From: Macrostomum hystrix
Taxonomy: Eukaryota > Animalia > Platyhelminthes
Direction of reading: 5' to 3'
Assembly: GCA_950097015.1 (NCBI GenBank)
Contig: CATNEN010000007.1
Span: 11,656,001 to 11,720,000 of the forward strand
DNA length: 64,000 bases
The position numbers and the translations under genes are program-made. Within the stretch, counting starts at the first letter, position 1, and every line of letters begins with the position of its first letter. Of the stretch, positions 36,200-49,013 are shown one piece after another. The notes below the pieces were generated by a model. The model searched no databases, was not told the origin of the DNA, and saw nothing but the letters and a program-made list of their open reading frames with translations.

Positions 36200-37650
36200 T
36201 GAGGGTAGACTGAGAGAGGGAAGAGAAAGCAGGGTAGACTGAGAGAGGGAAGAGAGAGCAGGGTAGACTGAGAGGGAAGAGAGAGCAGGGTAGACTGAGA
36301 GGGAAGAGAGAGCAGGGTAGACTGAGAGAGGGAAGAGAGAGCAGGGTAGACTAAGAGGGAAGAGGGAGCAGGGTAGACTGAGAGGGAAGAGAGAGCTGGG
36401 TAGACTGTGAGAGGGAAGAGAGAGTGGGCTAGACTGTGAGAGGGAAGAGGGAGCAGGGTAGACTGTGAGAGGGAAGAGAGAGTGGACTAGACTGTGAGAG
36501 GGAAGAGAGAGCAGGGTAGACTGTGAGAGGGAAGAGAGAGTGGACTAGACTGTGAGAGGGAAGAGAGAGTGGGCTAGACTGTGAGAGGGAAGAGAGAGTG
36601 GACTAGACTGTGAGAGGGAAGAGAGAGCAGGGTAGACTGTGAGAGGGAAGAGAGAGTGGGCTAGACTGTGAGAGTGAAGAGAGAGCAGGGTAGACTGAGA
36701 GGGAAGAGAGAGCAGGGTAGACTGTGAGAGGGAAGAGATAGCAGGGTAGACTGAGAGGGAAGAGAGAGAAGGGTAGACTAAGAGGGAAGAGGGAGCAGGG
36801 TAGACTGTGAGAGGGAAGAGAGAGTGGGCTAGACTGTGAGAGGGAAGAGAGAGCAGGGTAGACTGTGAGAGGGAAGAGATAGCAGGGTAGACTGTGAGAG
36901 GGAAGAGATAGCAGGGTAGACTGAGAGGGAAGAGAGAGCAGGGTAGACTGTGAGAGGGAAGAGAGAGTGGGCTAGACTGTGAGAGGGAAGAGAGAGCAGG
37001 GTAGACTAAGAGGGAAGAGGGAGCAGGGTAGACTGTGAGAGGGAAGAGAGAGTGGGCTAGACTGTGAGAGGGAAGAGAGAGCAGGGTAGACTGAGAGGGA
37101 AGAGAGAGCCAGGTAGACTGTGAGAGGGAAGAGAGAGCCAGGTAGACTGTGAGAGGGAAGAGAGAGAAGGGTAGACAGTGAGAGTGAAGAGAGAGCAGGG
37201 TAGACAGTGAGAGTGAAGAGAGAGAAGGGTAGACTGAGAGTGAAGAGAGAGCAGGGTAGACTGAGAGGGAAGAGAGAGCAGGGTAGACTAAGAGGGAAGA
37301 GAGAGCCAGGTAGACTGTGAGAGGGAAGAGAGAGAAGGGTAGACAGTGAGAGTGAAGAGAGAGCAGGGTAGACAGTGAGAGTGAAGAGAGAGAAGGGTAG
37401 ACTGAGAGTGAAGAGAGAGCAGGGTAGACTGAGAGTGAAGAGAGAGCAGGGTAGACTAAGAGGGAAGAGGGAGCAGGGTAGACTAAGAGGGAAGAGAGAG
37501 CAGGGTAGACTAAGAGGGAAGAGAGAGCAGGGTAGACTAAGAGGGAAGAGAGAGCAGGGTAGACTAAGAGGGAAGAGGGAGCAGGGTAGACTGTGAGAGG
37601 GAAGAGAGAGCAGGGTAGACTGTGAGAGAGTGGGGGTAGACTTGAGAGGG
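36200..37650. repeat. GA-rich ~27-29-bp minisatellite
   Basis: Unit ~GGGTAGACT(GT)GAGAGGGAAGAGAGAGCA with variants; strongly purine-skewed. Confidence 0.95.
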
Positions 37651-38949
37651 AATTGAGAGCGCGGAAAACTGAGGGGAGTGCGTGTGAATATGTTGATGCG
37701 AGGGAAGCTTCTGATGTGTTAAAGTCGTTAACTCATCAAGAGACGGACATGCAGTATGGGTGAGAAATATGCCAAAAGTGACATTCCTGTATGGCAATAA
37801 GATGTGGCAAAGGCACAGTCGCAGATTCCATAATTCTCTGCAAGCAGGTCTGGCAGCCGAAGAGCTCTGAGCAGTGCCATGGTCTAAGCGAGCTACATAG
37901 GCTGCCCTGAGTCCAAGCCTTAAGGCTCATTCACACTGCAATCAAACGAGGCTGAAACACACGATTGTACATCCCTCTTATGACCATTCATTTGAACATC
38001 ACAAAAATGTACACCACAAACGAGTCATTTGATGGCAGTGTGAACGAGGCTTTAGCGTTTGCTGCAACACAGGCATCACATATGTTTTATTGTGCTAGTG
38101 GTGAGGCATTCATTCTTCGCGGCAGAAACTGCGCACTTCTCGCTCTTTCTCAACCTCGGAGGGCAATCGCTGCATTTTCTCAGAGGCTCGCATGAACAGA
38201 GTCTACTCTTCTGTGCTCAACTCTAGACTAGCCGAGACAGGATTGTCTAGTCTAGAACCAACAATGCCAAACGGAACACTTCCCTAACTGGAGCAAGAAT
38301 GCCCGGCTGAAGCGACAGAAGCAGTTTGTGTCTTAGTCGATTCTCGTGTTGGAAAAAAACGAGCCGGCAAAAAAGAAGTCGGCCGATTGAATTTCGCGTA
38401 GAGGCAACTTAAGTTAGCGATGTATTTTTACCCGGGGAATACAAAACAAGTCCGGCGGAGCTGTGAGCGATTACAATTTTGTACGTACTGTTTTTTAGGG
38501 GCGAAAGAGCGGAAAACAGTGAAGCAAAGCAGAAGACGGGCAGCTAGCCGGTCGCCCCTAGCAAGAAGGGGCCCAGCAACAACAGAACAGGTTGCAGTCA
38601 GGCTTGAAGGGGCCCAGCAACAACACAACAGGTTGCAGTCAGGCTGTTTGTGTAGAAAGAGAGCCAAGGGCGCCACAAGAAAAACAGAGGCGCAGCACTG
38701 GGGGCAGCACCCACAGGCTAGCAGGTACACAGCAAAAATGGTTAATAAAAGTGGAGACAAGAAGCTGATGGAAGCGACCAGCGGCAAACATTTCTCGTGA
38801 ATAAGAACGGGGAACAGTCGGGAGGGAGCTGGGCGAGTAAAAAAGGCCTCACCGACCGGGAATTCAGGGAGCAGCGAGGCAAGGGAATTTAAGAGCAATT
38901 GATTAGAGCTTTGGGTGTCAGGGAATCAGTCAGCAGCCTCCTGGCCTCA

Positions 38950-39354
38950 TCAGTAGCCAGAGGCAACCAGGCTCTCCTTGAGCTTGGACACGGCCACGTT
39001 CACCTGACCGCCGACGCTGGCACCGATCGCCGACTGGTTGGCAGCGTCGATAACATGGCCGCCGATGACGAAGCACTGAGCGCAGCCCATGACCGTCACG
39101 CTGGAGGGACCCTTCTTGCCGTCCAGCTCGCGGTTCACCAGCCTGATGGTCATGTACTTCTCGTTGTTCAGCTTGAAGGACTGGAACTCGCCGGCGTTGC
39201 TCTTGCCTAGGCCGGCAGCCAGGGCCTGCAGCTCCTCGGGCGTGGCATTGAACTTCTCGGACTTGGCCCACACGCTGCCGTCGTTGCCACAGATGGCGCC
39301 AATGTTGACGCCCGGATACTGCAGGAGGTTCGACACCCAAGAGTCCCAAGACAT
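38950..39354 (-). CDS. Profilin, 134 aa, intronless CDS
   Basis: MSWDSWVSNLL, GAICGNDGSVWAKS, FKLNNEKYMTIR, LDGKKG and a C-terminal helix ending ASGY; Kozak GCCATG; tandem TGA TGA. Confidence 0.93.
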   Translation of the reverse strand: MSWDSWVSNLLQYPGVNIGAICGNDGSVWAKSEKFNATPEELQALAAGLGKSNAGEFQSFKLNNEKYMTIRLVNRELDGKKGPSSVTVMGCAQCFVIGGHVIDAANQSAIGASVGGQVNVAVSKLKESLVASGY

Positions 39355-39500
39355 GGCGACGGTTGCAGCAGCTGGCGGTCACAATGGAATTCAAGGCAGA
39401 GGAGAGTATGGAGAAAGGCGAAAGGTCACTGCCGCAGTTGAATAAAAACTCCCAAGGCAAAATTTTAGCGCAAACAGGCCAGAACGGCCAGTGGCGCCGT

Positions 39501-39507
39501 TTTTATA
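39501..39507 (-). promoter_or_regulatory. TATA box of the profilin gene
   Basis: Minus strand TATAAAA about 150 bp upstream of the ATG. Confidence 0.55.
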
Positions 39508-40276
39508 AGCAAAGCTAACAACAGGCGAAGAAATTGCAGTAGGGCTGGCTGAGAATTCAGTGTACAGTGCGACACCCACCCCATGCGCACCCGCCTCCGC
39601 GCACAAGCCCAGCAGTGAGCAGCAGATTCTCACAGGCATAAACGAGGGGCCAGGCATATACCATCTGAAATGCTCTTGCATTTTCGGTCCCTGCGCTCTG
39701 CATGGTCAGCGGATAAAATCATTTCGCATCAAAGTGGCCCAGAGGGAGGGGGTGGGGGTTTATCGATCGATCAGCCCGGGCCTGGCTTTTGACAGGTGGT
39801 GGCACAGCGCCGCGCACGCGAACTGATAAACATTCTATCTTTAATTATATTTATAAAAACGATGGCAAGCGCTAGCTTTATATTTAGATTCGGGCCAGGT
39901 GGGCTGGGGTGGGCTGCTAGATGGCCAGGTGATAATTGAATGCCAAGCACACTGCACAATTCAATGTCTAAACAGTGTAAGACAAATTCACAATGCATTG
40001 GACTGCAGAATCACTTCTGCAGCTCCACGCTGTTAGCTTTGCTACAAACCCATGGCATTGATTAAGATTTTTGATAACTTTATGAACGAAATCCTTATTT
40101 TTGGACATAAAATAGTAAAAACTGTCCCTTAATTCTTAATCTTGGCGAATTTAGTTATTTGTGAACGACAGGATGCTTTGTTAAACGTGCACAATTTTCA
40201 AACACATTCTTTAATTTGGCGATCTAATTGTAGCGATCTCCCAATTCTCTAATTTGTTGGTCTTCCAATTGTCTCA

Positions 40277-40632
40277 TCTAATTAACGACCTGTGATTTCT
40301 CTAATTCGGTGATCTCTGAAATGTCTTATCTAATTAACGACCTGTGATTTCTCTAATTCGGTGTTCTCTGAAATGTCTTATCTAATTAACGACCTGTGAT
40401 TTCTCTAATTCGGTGATCTCTGAAATGTCTTGTCTAATTAACGACCTGTGATTTCTCTAATTCGGTGATCTCTGAAATGTCTTATCTAATTAACGACCTG
40501 TGATTTCTCTAATTCGGTGATCTCTGAAATGTCTTATCTAATTAACGACCTGTGATTTCTCTAATTCGGTGTTCTCTGAAATGTCTTATCTAATTAGCGA
40601 CCTGTGATTTCTCTAATTCGGTGATCTTCTAA
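40277..40632. repeat. 52-bp tandem repeat (~7 copies) inside a larger degenerate array (~40130-40950)
   Basis: Unit TCTAATTAACGACCTGTGATTTCTCTAATTCGGTGATCTCTGAAATGTCTTA. Confidence 0.92.
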
Positions 40633-41400
40633 TTATCTCATCTGATAATTCTTTAATAATAACAACCTGCAAATTCTTTATTTAGGTGATCTCTTAATTG
40701 TCTAATCTAATTAACGACCTGAAAATTCTCTAATTTGGTGTTCTTTTAATTGTCTTATTTAAAAATATATATTCTACTTTTCTACTTTGGTGAACTTCTA
40801 ATTATCTCATTTGCTAATCAAATTCTATAATTAGGTGATCAATTCATTCTATAATCTAGTAGTTCTCTAGATCCTCAGATTAGATTATCTAATTTGGCAA
40901 TTTTTTAATTCTCTAATCTGGTGCTTCTTTGATTCTCCAATCTAAGAATCAAATTATTATTAAATGGTTAAATTTTGTAATCTTGAGATGTTATCATTTC
41001 TAGAATTAGTATAATATTTTTTACAAACTCTTATAGGCCATATTTCTTTCCTAGCTATTAAATACATTGCATCGACCCATCAAGTTCAAAATCAGACAAT
41101 TAATTATAGTTTCTAATGTACTTAGTGGCAGGGAGCCTCCATGATAGAAATTTCTAATGTAATCAAACAACTCATTGTGTCACACATTTGTATGTTCAAA
41201 TTAGTTATAAAATGTCCTAGAAAAATTCTCTGGCTCTGTATTATGTAAAAAAAGCATGAAAAACTATTTTGAAATTTATTGAAAACTGATAAGAACTACA
41301 ACAAATCAAAAGGATTGCAAAAATTAAAATCTTGCTTGTTTGCTTAGGCTGGTTAGATACATTCCCATTTACTATACAAAATATGGCAATGACTTAATTA

Positions 41401-41717
41401 GGCTATCCTTCAGTTTCATTTGTTTATTATTATAAACCTGTTTTAGCATGGCAAGTTATCAAGCTGCTGCCACAAATATCATTCCACTGGCTGAGGTCAG
41501 GCCAACAACAGAACTCAGCAATCAGCTATTCATGAAGGTGAAGATGTGTGGCTTGACTGTCTTAACTGCTGACACAGAAAGGCAAGAATTTCTGTGGTGC
41601 TGGCTGTACCTAGAGGATCAGCACTTTAGCAACTTCCTCTACTGGGTGACTCACTGCTACCTTGTCTAAATTATTGTGGAAAAAAAACAAATGAAACTGA
41701 AGTCAGAAGGATAGCCC
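41401..41717. mobile_element. PIF/Harbinger (Tourist)-like MITE, old
   Basis: Left end GGCTATCCTTCAGTTTCATTTGTTT. Right end AAACAAATGAAACTGAAG[tcagaag]GATAGCCC is its inverted copy with a 7-nt insertion. TTA on both flanks. Confidence 0.7.
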
Positions 41718-44700
41718 TTAGTCTTAATTAGATAGCATATTATTAGGCAATGTGTTAGAATTATGTTCTAAATATAATTTTATGCCTAGAGACCCACACT
41801 TTTACCCTGTCAATTCATTATTCTTATATGCTAAGCCAGCTAGGTCTTTATCAACACAAAAAGAAAACAAGTTTGTAAGCACAGTATTGCAAACTTTTTG
41901 TAAGAGTATAGAATCAGCTAAAAATAAGTCTGCACTTTTTAATATGAAAGAAGCAGTATACATTTACAAGCAAAACAAATACTTTAGTGATCTGGCATCT
42001 AGCAATAGATTATTAATTTGAGTTTTAAAAAGGTTATAACTGTTAAATGCTAAAAAATAGTTCTGATTTTATGAATTAAATTATTTATTACATACATATC
42101 ATACATGCATAAAATGAAATTTCGGTTGGAACGGGCAAAATATAATATGACAAGGATGAGTGTTTATAGTGCACTTGGCATGGATGATAGATACAGCAGC
42201 GTGTAACGCACATCAATGACACAAGAAATGTACTAAACACTTATACTAGCTAGGCCCCTTAGTTAAAGTTACAGACTCGTAAAATGAGTCATCATATTTG
42301 CATGTATCAAGTACGGATAGAAAAAATATTTAACATTTTATTTTAAGTTTTATAATAAAGGAATTCAATACGTTTGTACTTTCCACGGGTGATACATGTG
42401 GTAAAAATGCAGAAAAGTTCGTTTTAGCGATATAAAAATTACCGGTGTTTTTTCACCTGAATAGTTTTTACCCATAAAAATCATAGTTCTACTGCACCTT
42501 CTTAAAAAATATTCTGTGTTTTGTCAGCCGGCCAACCAGACAGCATGCTTGAAATGTAGCGTTCAATTCTTGAGTAATAGATGTCAAGTAAGATACTGAA
42601 ACATTATATTTTATTTTACAGTGTAAAACACTTGTACGAAGTCAGTACCATCTCGAAATATCATACATTTTATAACGCTAAACCATCTCATAGTCTCATT
42701 ACCATGATATTACGAGATCCACTAGATCACGAAAGTATGCGAATATTAATATGAATTGATTATTCATCAATTAGAATAAATAAAAGAAATTGGAGTAACT
42801 AAATCCCCCCATACTAAATCTCGCATCGATTTCCGTTATATTCTAATCAGCCTTTGGTGCCAAAACAGTTCTAAGTTCATGATTGAAATACAAATTTTGA
42901 ATTAGAGTTAGAAATTTATTTATTTAAATTTACATAAACTCCTAGTCATAGCGACGCATGGCATTACGGGCTACTTTGTGCAACGGCAACACCAATCAAT
43001 CTTTACCACGTACCTAATTATGTATCCAACACGTTCGGAAAAGTACATCGGAAATGTATGTTGCAGCCATTTATAATCCTTAGAAAGGTTCTTGAATTCT
43101 TTTGTGATCTTTGATAGAGTCGAAAAAAGTCCAAGGCAATTGGCGAAACATGCACAATTCTTGGGGTATTTTTGTAGTCAAAACCGCATAGCACGACATG
43201 GCTCCGTCTGAAAAAAGCAAAAACAAAGGCACCTACTGAGGGCCGGAAAATCTGACAAGCCGCTGCTGGTGTTGCCACGGAGGGTAGCGAATCGATTTCA
43301 ATTGAAAAATTCCCCGAATTTTAAGCGACTGCTAAAGTTCAGAACATTCTTTTTTGTAGTGTGCAGAAAGTAAAAATATTTAAAATTTTCTTTTGCAAGC
43401 AAATAAGACTGTACGTTTCGATCTTCGCCCCATCTTTGCATTCGGCGCACTTTGTGTGCCTTTTAACGCTCCCAACTTTAATATAGCTTCCCCGGCCTCC
43501 CACACCGATTGATTAAAAATGGGATTAGAGAATCCTGTCCCACCTGAGCAGCAGATGCGATACAGGGCGCTCTGCTCTCACAGCTGTACGAAGCTGCTAA
43601 ACCAATGGCTGAGTTTGGCGGACGGCAGGGGACTCAGAGACGGAGTTGACGAGATAGAGAAGAGAGGCAGAGAGACGGAGAGGAATGGCGGGAGCGGAGG
43701 TGCGTGAGAGCAGTCGGCGGGTACCCGGGGAGTGGCTGAGGGCGAAGCGCGAGTGGAGGAGAGAGCAGGGGAGCGGGGAAGCGCCTGCACATGCTCCGTT
43801 CACACTGCAGCCGGGCAAAGCGCTTGGTTGGTGAGGCCGGCAGCCGCTAGGGGGACAATACGGTGAGTCATCGTGAGTGCGGACTGGGCTGTCCTAAGGA
43901 TTCTGCGCCCTAGCCGTCCTCCCCATTTTGGCCAGTTGCTAAAAATTGCTCCCAGCGTCTGTCAGCCGAGCTCCTGAGTTGCTTCTCTTGGGCGCGTTTC
44001 GCCTTCCGTGCTCCGCCGGTCAGCGAGAAGTCTCTGCAAAAACGAAGCGGCACCGGCAATCGGGTAGACGCCACCAGACGGCCGGAGTTGTCGCATTTTT
44101 TGTAATTTTCCAGCCTAAAAGCCTCAGTCCGCACGCCCTGCCCTTCTCTGTTTCTCTTCCGCAGGTGAGTCTCGTGAATAATAATTAAGCAGCGTGCATG
44201 TTGTGCGGGTCAATCTGAGTTTGGCCAACCCTCTATGTCTCTTTTCTTCGAGTGAGTCACGGCCAAGCTGAGCGAATTATTTTTTGCCCGAGACACTGAA
44301 AGGTTTGCGTCTCCCTTAGTCGCACGACAATCGCGGAGAGAAAGAAGGCAGACCCGGTGTACGGAGCCGCACTTTGGGCAGCAAGGCGCAGCTGGGGAGC
44401 TACGTGGGCGCGCACGAGAGCAACGCGAGGCTTCCAGCACCCACCCCGCTTTTATCGCTCACCCCAGCACGTTCACGGCTGCGTCAGCTTTTTTTAAAGG
44501 CAACACCCGCCCCTCACGGAGTATAGAGAGCTCTGTGCTCAGACTGGCAGCGATCGCATTGTGAATCAGGGCGCAAACGAGCCGCACCCTTTCATTACCG
44601 CTGTAGCTCCCGTCTGTCATCGACTGAATTATCCCCTCAGCTCTTGGGAGAGGCTAGAATCGGTCTGTAGCAACTTCCTATCCTTCCACACCCTACCAAC

Positions 44701-44824
44701 ACAGAAGCCAACGGTCGAAGGTCGGAAGTTCTGCACTGTCGTTCACTACATCTGATTATCAGTCGAGTTCAACACCAACCGCCGGCCAGAGACGCGGGCG
44801 GCCTAAAAAAGCTCCGGGCCTTCA

Positions 44825-46490
44825 ATGTCGGCGGAGGTCCGGTCGCAGAACGATGATGACCCGTCCGCTACCGCCACAACAGATCTGGAGAAAATGGCGG
44901 AACTGCGAGACGAACGGTACAGCGCGATGGAGACTGTGCTAAGCGAAGTGAAGCGGGACATGCTGAGCATCAACTCAAAGCTCCAGCTACCGGAGCAGCA
45001 GTATTCGCAGCCAGTTCCGCTGGAGTCGCCCAGTCAGGACGAGTGCCGCGAGTTCCGAGACGAGAGCCTGTCGGACTCGGACAGCCTTGACGGCGAGGGA
45101 GCCGATGGCCACGCGTACTATTCACCGCTGAAAGGTCGCTCGGGTGCCAGAAGTTCGGCAGTGCAGCCGCCGCTGTGGTCTCAGCCACGGCAGCCGCCAG
45201 ATGGAGCCTCTAGCATCGAGGACCTGATGACCTCGGTGAAGTCAGACTTCACAGCCCTGGCAAGAATTTTGGACACAGAGGGAGACTCTTCTCGGCAGCC
45301 CCATCATCACTCCGGACGAGGCTCGAGTGACGACTTGCACCTCGAGAAGCTGCAGAAGGCCGGGGCGGGGCTCTCCATCACCACAAACAGCTTGGCAATG
45401 TCCGGTTCGGATGACCTGGACGCCAGCTTCACGGAGGAGTATCAAGAGGACGACCTGAAGATTGCGCTGAGGCACCGGAGGCACCCGGAGGACCGGACCC
45501 AGAGTGACCCCACCTGCGCCCGGACAATGGATCGGGACTCCTTGGAGCCACTCGAGCCGCATGACGCTGGAGTTTACGGCGCCGGCGGCCTCTGGGGAAC
45601 ATCGACATTCCGCAGCGGCGATGCGAACGCCACGCAGCAGGACGCCGCCTATTACCCCGAGTTCAGCGACAAAACACGTGACATCCTCATGAAGATCAAA
45701 GCCAAAAGTGGCCAGCCGCAGCAGCCGCCGTCACGTCCTCCGCCGCTACCGCCGCTGCCAAAGCCAACGGAGGGAGGAAGTACATCCTCTGGGACAGCAG
45801 CTGACGGGACGGCATCGGAGGAGACGGACGCTCCGCCAGGATCTCCGGCGGAGTCGAGTGAGGACGAAGAGAGCGACATCTCGGACTTCATCATCAACAC
45901 CTACGAGAAGGACGCTTCCTACGACCAGCCGAGCTTCGAGTACCAGAGCATCCACGACATCCTGCGGGCCAGTAGCCAGATGATCGGCAGTAGCCGCTGC
46001 CTCTTCCCGATCCTGGAGGAGAGCTCCGATGAGATCAGCAGCTCTGAGGATGAGGAGGACGACGAGGATGACGAGGCATGGCTGCCGGCCGCCAAGATCG
46101 AGGAAAAGTACGCCAGCCCGATGGAGACGGAGGAGGAGGAGGTGGCGCTGCGGTCCCGAGTGGCGGCCACGCACCGAGACATCGAGATGCAGGAGATCCG
46201 CAAGAGCGACCCCGACTTCGGCTCAGCTGTCGCAGCCGCCGCAGCAGCCGCCCTCAGTCAGGAGAATCGCCTGCGGGCAGCACGCAGCGCCGAGGAACTG
46301 CAGAGCGGCGGTCTGCAGAGCGACTCCGCCACCACCTTTTACACGGCACGCGAGAGCTGCGAGTCCTTTGCCACCGTTACCGAGGGCCGCGCCGGCAGCG
46401 GTGATAACAGCCTGCGAGGCAGCCAGCTGATTGAGACTGAGGAGGAGAGCGATGAAGCAGAGTTCGAGGAGACAGGAAACGCGCTGCTAG
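44825..46490 (+). CDS. Alternative N-terminal exon A of the AJM1-like gene (acidic, disordered)
   Basis: 555 codons plus 1 nt, ending at CTAG|GTGAGT (phase 1). Compatible with the acceptor at 51100/51101 but not with the one at 50257/50258. Confidence 0.7.
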
Positions 46491-47961
46491 GTGAGTGTGC
46501 GTTTTGGGCTGCCTTTCTTAAGCCTGCTGTGAATTGATCGAAAAAGTACACAGAGTACTTTAACTGATGACTGGTAGGACAATGACAGGCCGGATTTTAT
46601 TCTGTACTCTGGGAACCGCATCAGAACTAACAGCGCCCCAGAACTAACGCAAATGTTGCTTCACTCTGCAAGAAGTTGCATTGTAGCAAATTCATAAAGC
46701 TGCATGAAAAATGTGCCTCCGTAAGAAGGCGTCAGAAAATGAAGGCACTCGCAATCGAGCTTGCATAATTAGCACCCAGAATCGGGAGCCTTTGCTATAC
46801 AGAGCTCCGGCTTCTCTCGGCGCGGCACCGGTAGCCCATTGGACTGGAAACTGCCGCGTGCGACTCTCACCTGCCCACCAGAGGCGCTGGGCAGGTCGCC
46901 ACCCCCAGGCCAGTGTGGCGTGAGAACCAGGGCTGCAACTTTACACCCAATTAGCAATAGCTATTTTAGCCCATTCGGCACCAAGGAAATCCAAAATTGG
47001 TAGAAATGGCCGTTGAGAGAACAAAGCCTCAGGTGTGGTAGCAGACTTGCTTGCTGCCTCGCCCACCTGCCTGGCCCAGTCTCTGGCAGAGCACATGTCA
47101 TGTTTATTCTACCCAGCTGCTCAGCCACACGTGACTCACTGGGGCTATTTGGCATCATCCCAGTAGGGGAGGCCTGCGGTGCAGTTGGTCTCAGAAGGGC
47201 TGAGTCCATCCCCGCTGCTGGCCAGCTGAATAATTGATGCGGCAGCTGAACAAGGCGCTGAAATCTGCAATAGATGCTGGCTGGCTTTGTTGCTCTGCAG
47301 TCTATGGCAAAGCTAGTCAGCCGAGCTTATCTCACAAGGCCAGCATTGTAAAAGAATCACAGCTGGATTTAGCCTTTTGCATTTCACCCAGTCTAATCAG
47401 TTCTAATCAGTGCAAATCACTGAGTGACTCGCAAAGCACAATGTCAGCCAGAGTGCTGGTTCGCATCAGAGAGAAGCGCTGCGCAGCTTGCGGGCAGAAC
47501 CTGACAATCGAGCTGCTGCCGGCCAGCCCGCTTGGGACCACGCATCGTGAGTTGTCTGCAACGCACTTGGGAGTCGAGTTTCAATAATCCACCGCTCGGG
47601 TAGGGGGTAATCTGACCCGCCTTGTGTAGGATAAAATGCCGTCCTGAGGAGAGCTGATCTGGCATCTGGGGGACTTTTATCCCCATGCCAGCTAATGAAA
47701 CGGGCCGAGGCGGTCCGGAAGACACCAAATCCCCTTGGGGAATGCAATTATCTTCTTTACAGCAGACTAGGCGGCTGAGACGACTCAAACTGGCATTTAG
47801 TGCATCAGCCCGAGCTGGCGAGTTTGCAGTTTTGATTGGATCTGGCACTGGGGAGCCGCCCTGCTGTCTAGGCGGAGCCGAAGGGCGGGACTTCTCTTAT
47901 CAGCGGACCGAGCTGCCTGCCTGTCTCACACTGCTCACGCTTGGCTCCAAGCGGAATAGGC

Positions 47962-48082
47962 ACAGACAACTGAGCTGAGCAATGCTGTGTGAGCATACAA
48001 CAGACAACTGAGCTCAGCAATACTGTGTGAGCATACAACAGACAACTGAGCTCAGCAATGCTGTGTGAGCATACAACAGACA
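47962..48082. repeat. ~38-bp tandem repeat, 3 copies
   Basis: ACAGACAACTGAGCT(G/C)AGCAAT(G/A)CTGTGTGAGCATACA repeated. Confidence 0.85.
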
Positions 48083-48567
48083 GGGAGAGGCTGGGGGGGA
48101 TGGGTGGGGCCGCAAGGATCGAAGATTTCGGCGAGATCCGGCCCTGGGGGTGGGTTGCACAGAGAGCAGCTTGGCACCCGCAGCGGCCGTGAGGATCAGT
48201 TGCTCAGCTCTCATTTCGATACCCCCTTTGCAAAGAAAGAAAACAGGAGAAATACTATATTGTACCAAGGACTGTGTTAGGGGTAGAGAATGGCCAAATC
48301 GATTTATCGGTGATTTTTTCAGGGTTGTTGCCGTGCAGGCGCGGGTGGAGGTTCTGCCAGCATAAGTGCACTGAGCAGAGTGGCCGGTCCTTACAAACGG
48401 CCTTGGCGAGTTGGCAGCGGCGGGTGGGGCGGCCGCTCCCGCTAGGACCGAGCCCTTTGAACCAGGGCCGGGTGGAGAAGCGTTTGCTTTTCCCCGCTGA
48501 GATCGGTGAGAGTAAGAACACAGCTCAAGTAGCAGGTGACTTATGACTGGACAGTGCTCGCCAAGGC

Positions 48568-49013
48568 CACTCACTCACTCACTCACTCACTCACTCACTC
48601 ACTCACTCACTCACTCACTCACTCACTCACTCACTCACTCACTCACTCACTCACTCACTCACTCACTCACTCACTCACTCACTCACTCACTCACTCACTC
48701 ACTCACTCACTCACTCACTCACTCACTCACTCACTCACTCACACACTCACTCACTCACTCACTCACTCACTCACTCACTCACTCACTCACTCACTCACTC
48801 ACTCACTCACTCACTCACTCACTCACTCACTCACTCACTCACTCACTCACTCACTCACTCACTCACTCACTCACTCACTCACTCACTCACTCACTCACTC
48901 ACTCACTCACTCACTCACTCACTCACACACTCACTCACTCACTCACTCACTCACTCACTCACTCACTCACTCACTCACTCACTCACTCACTCACTCACTC
49001 ACTCACTCACTCA
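48568..49013. repeat. (CACT)n tetranucleotide microsatellite
   Basis: About 110 near-perfect units. Confidence 0.97.
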
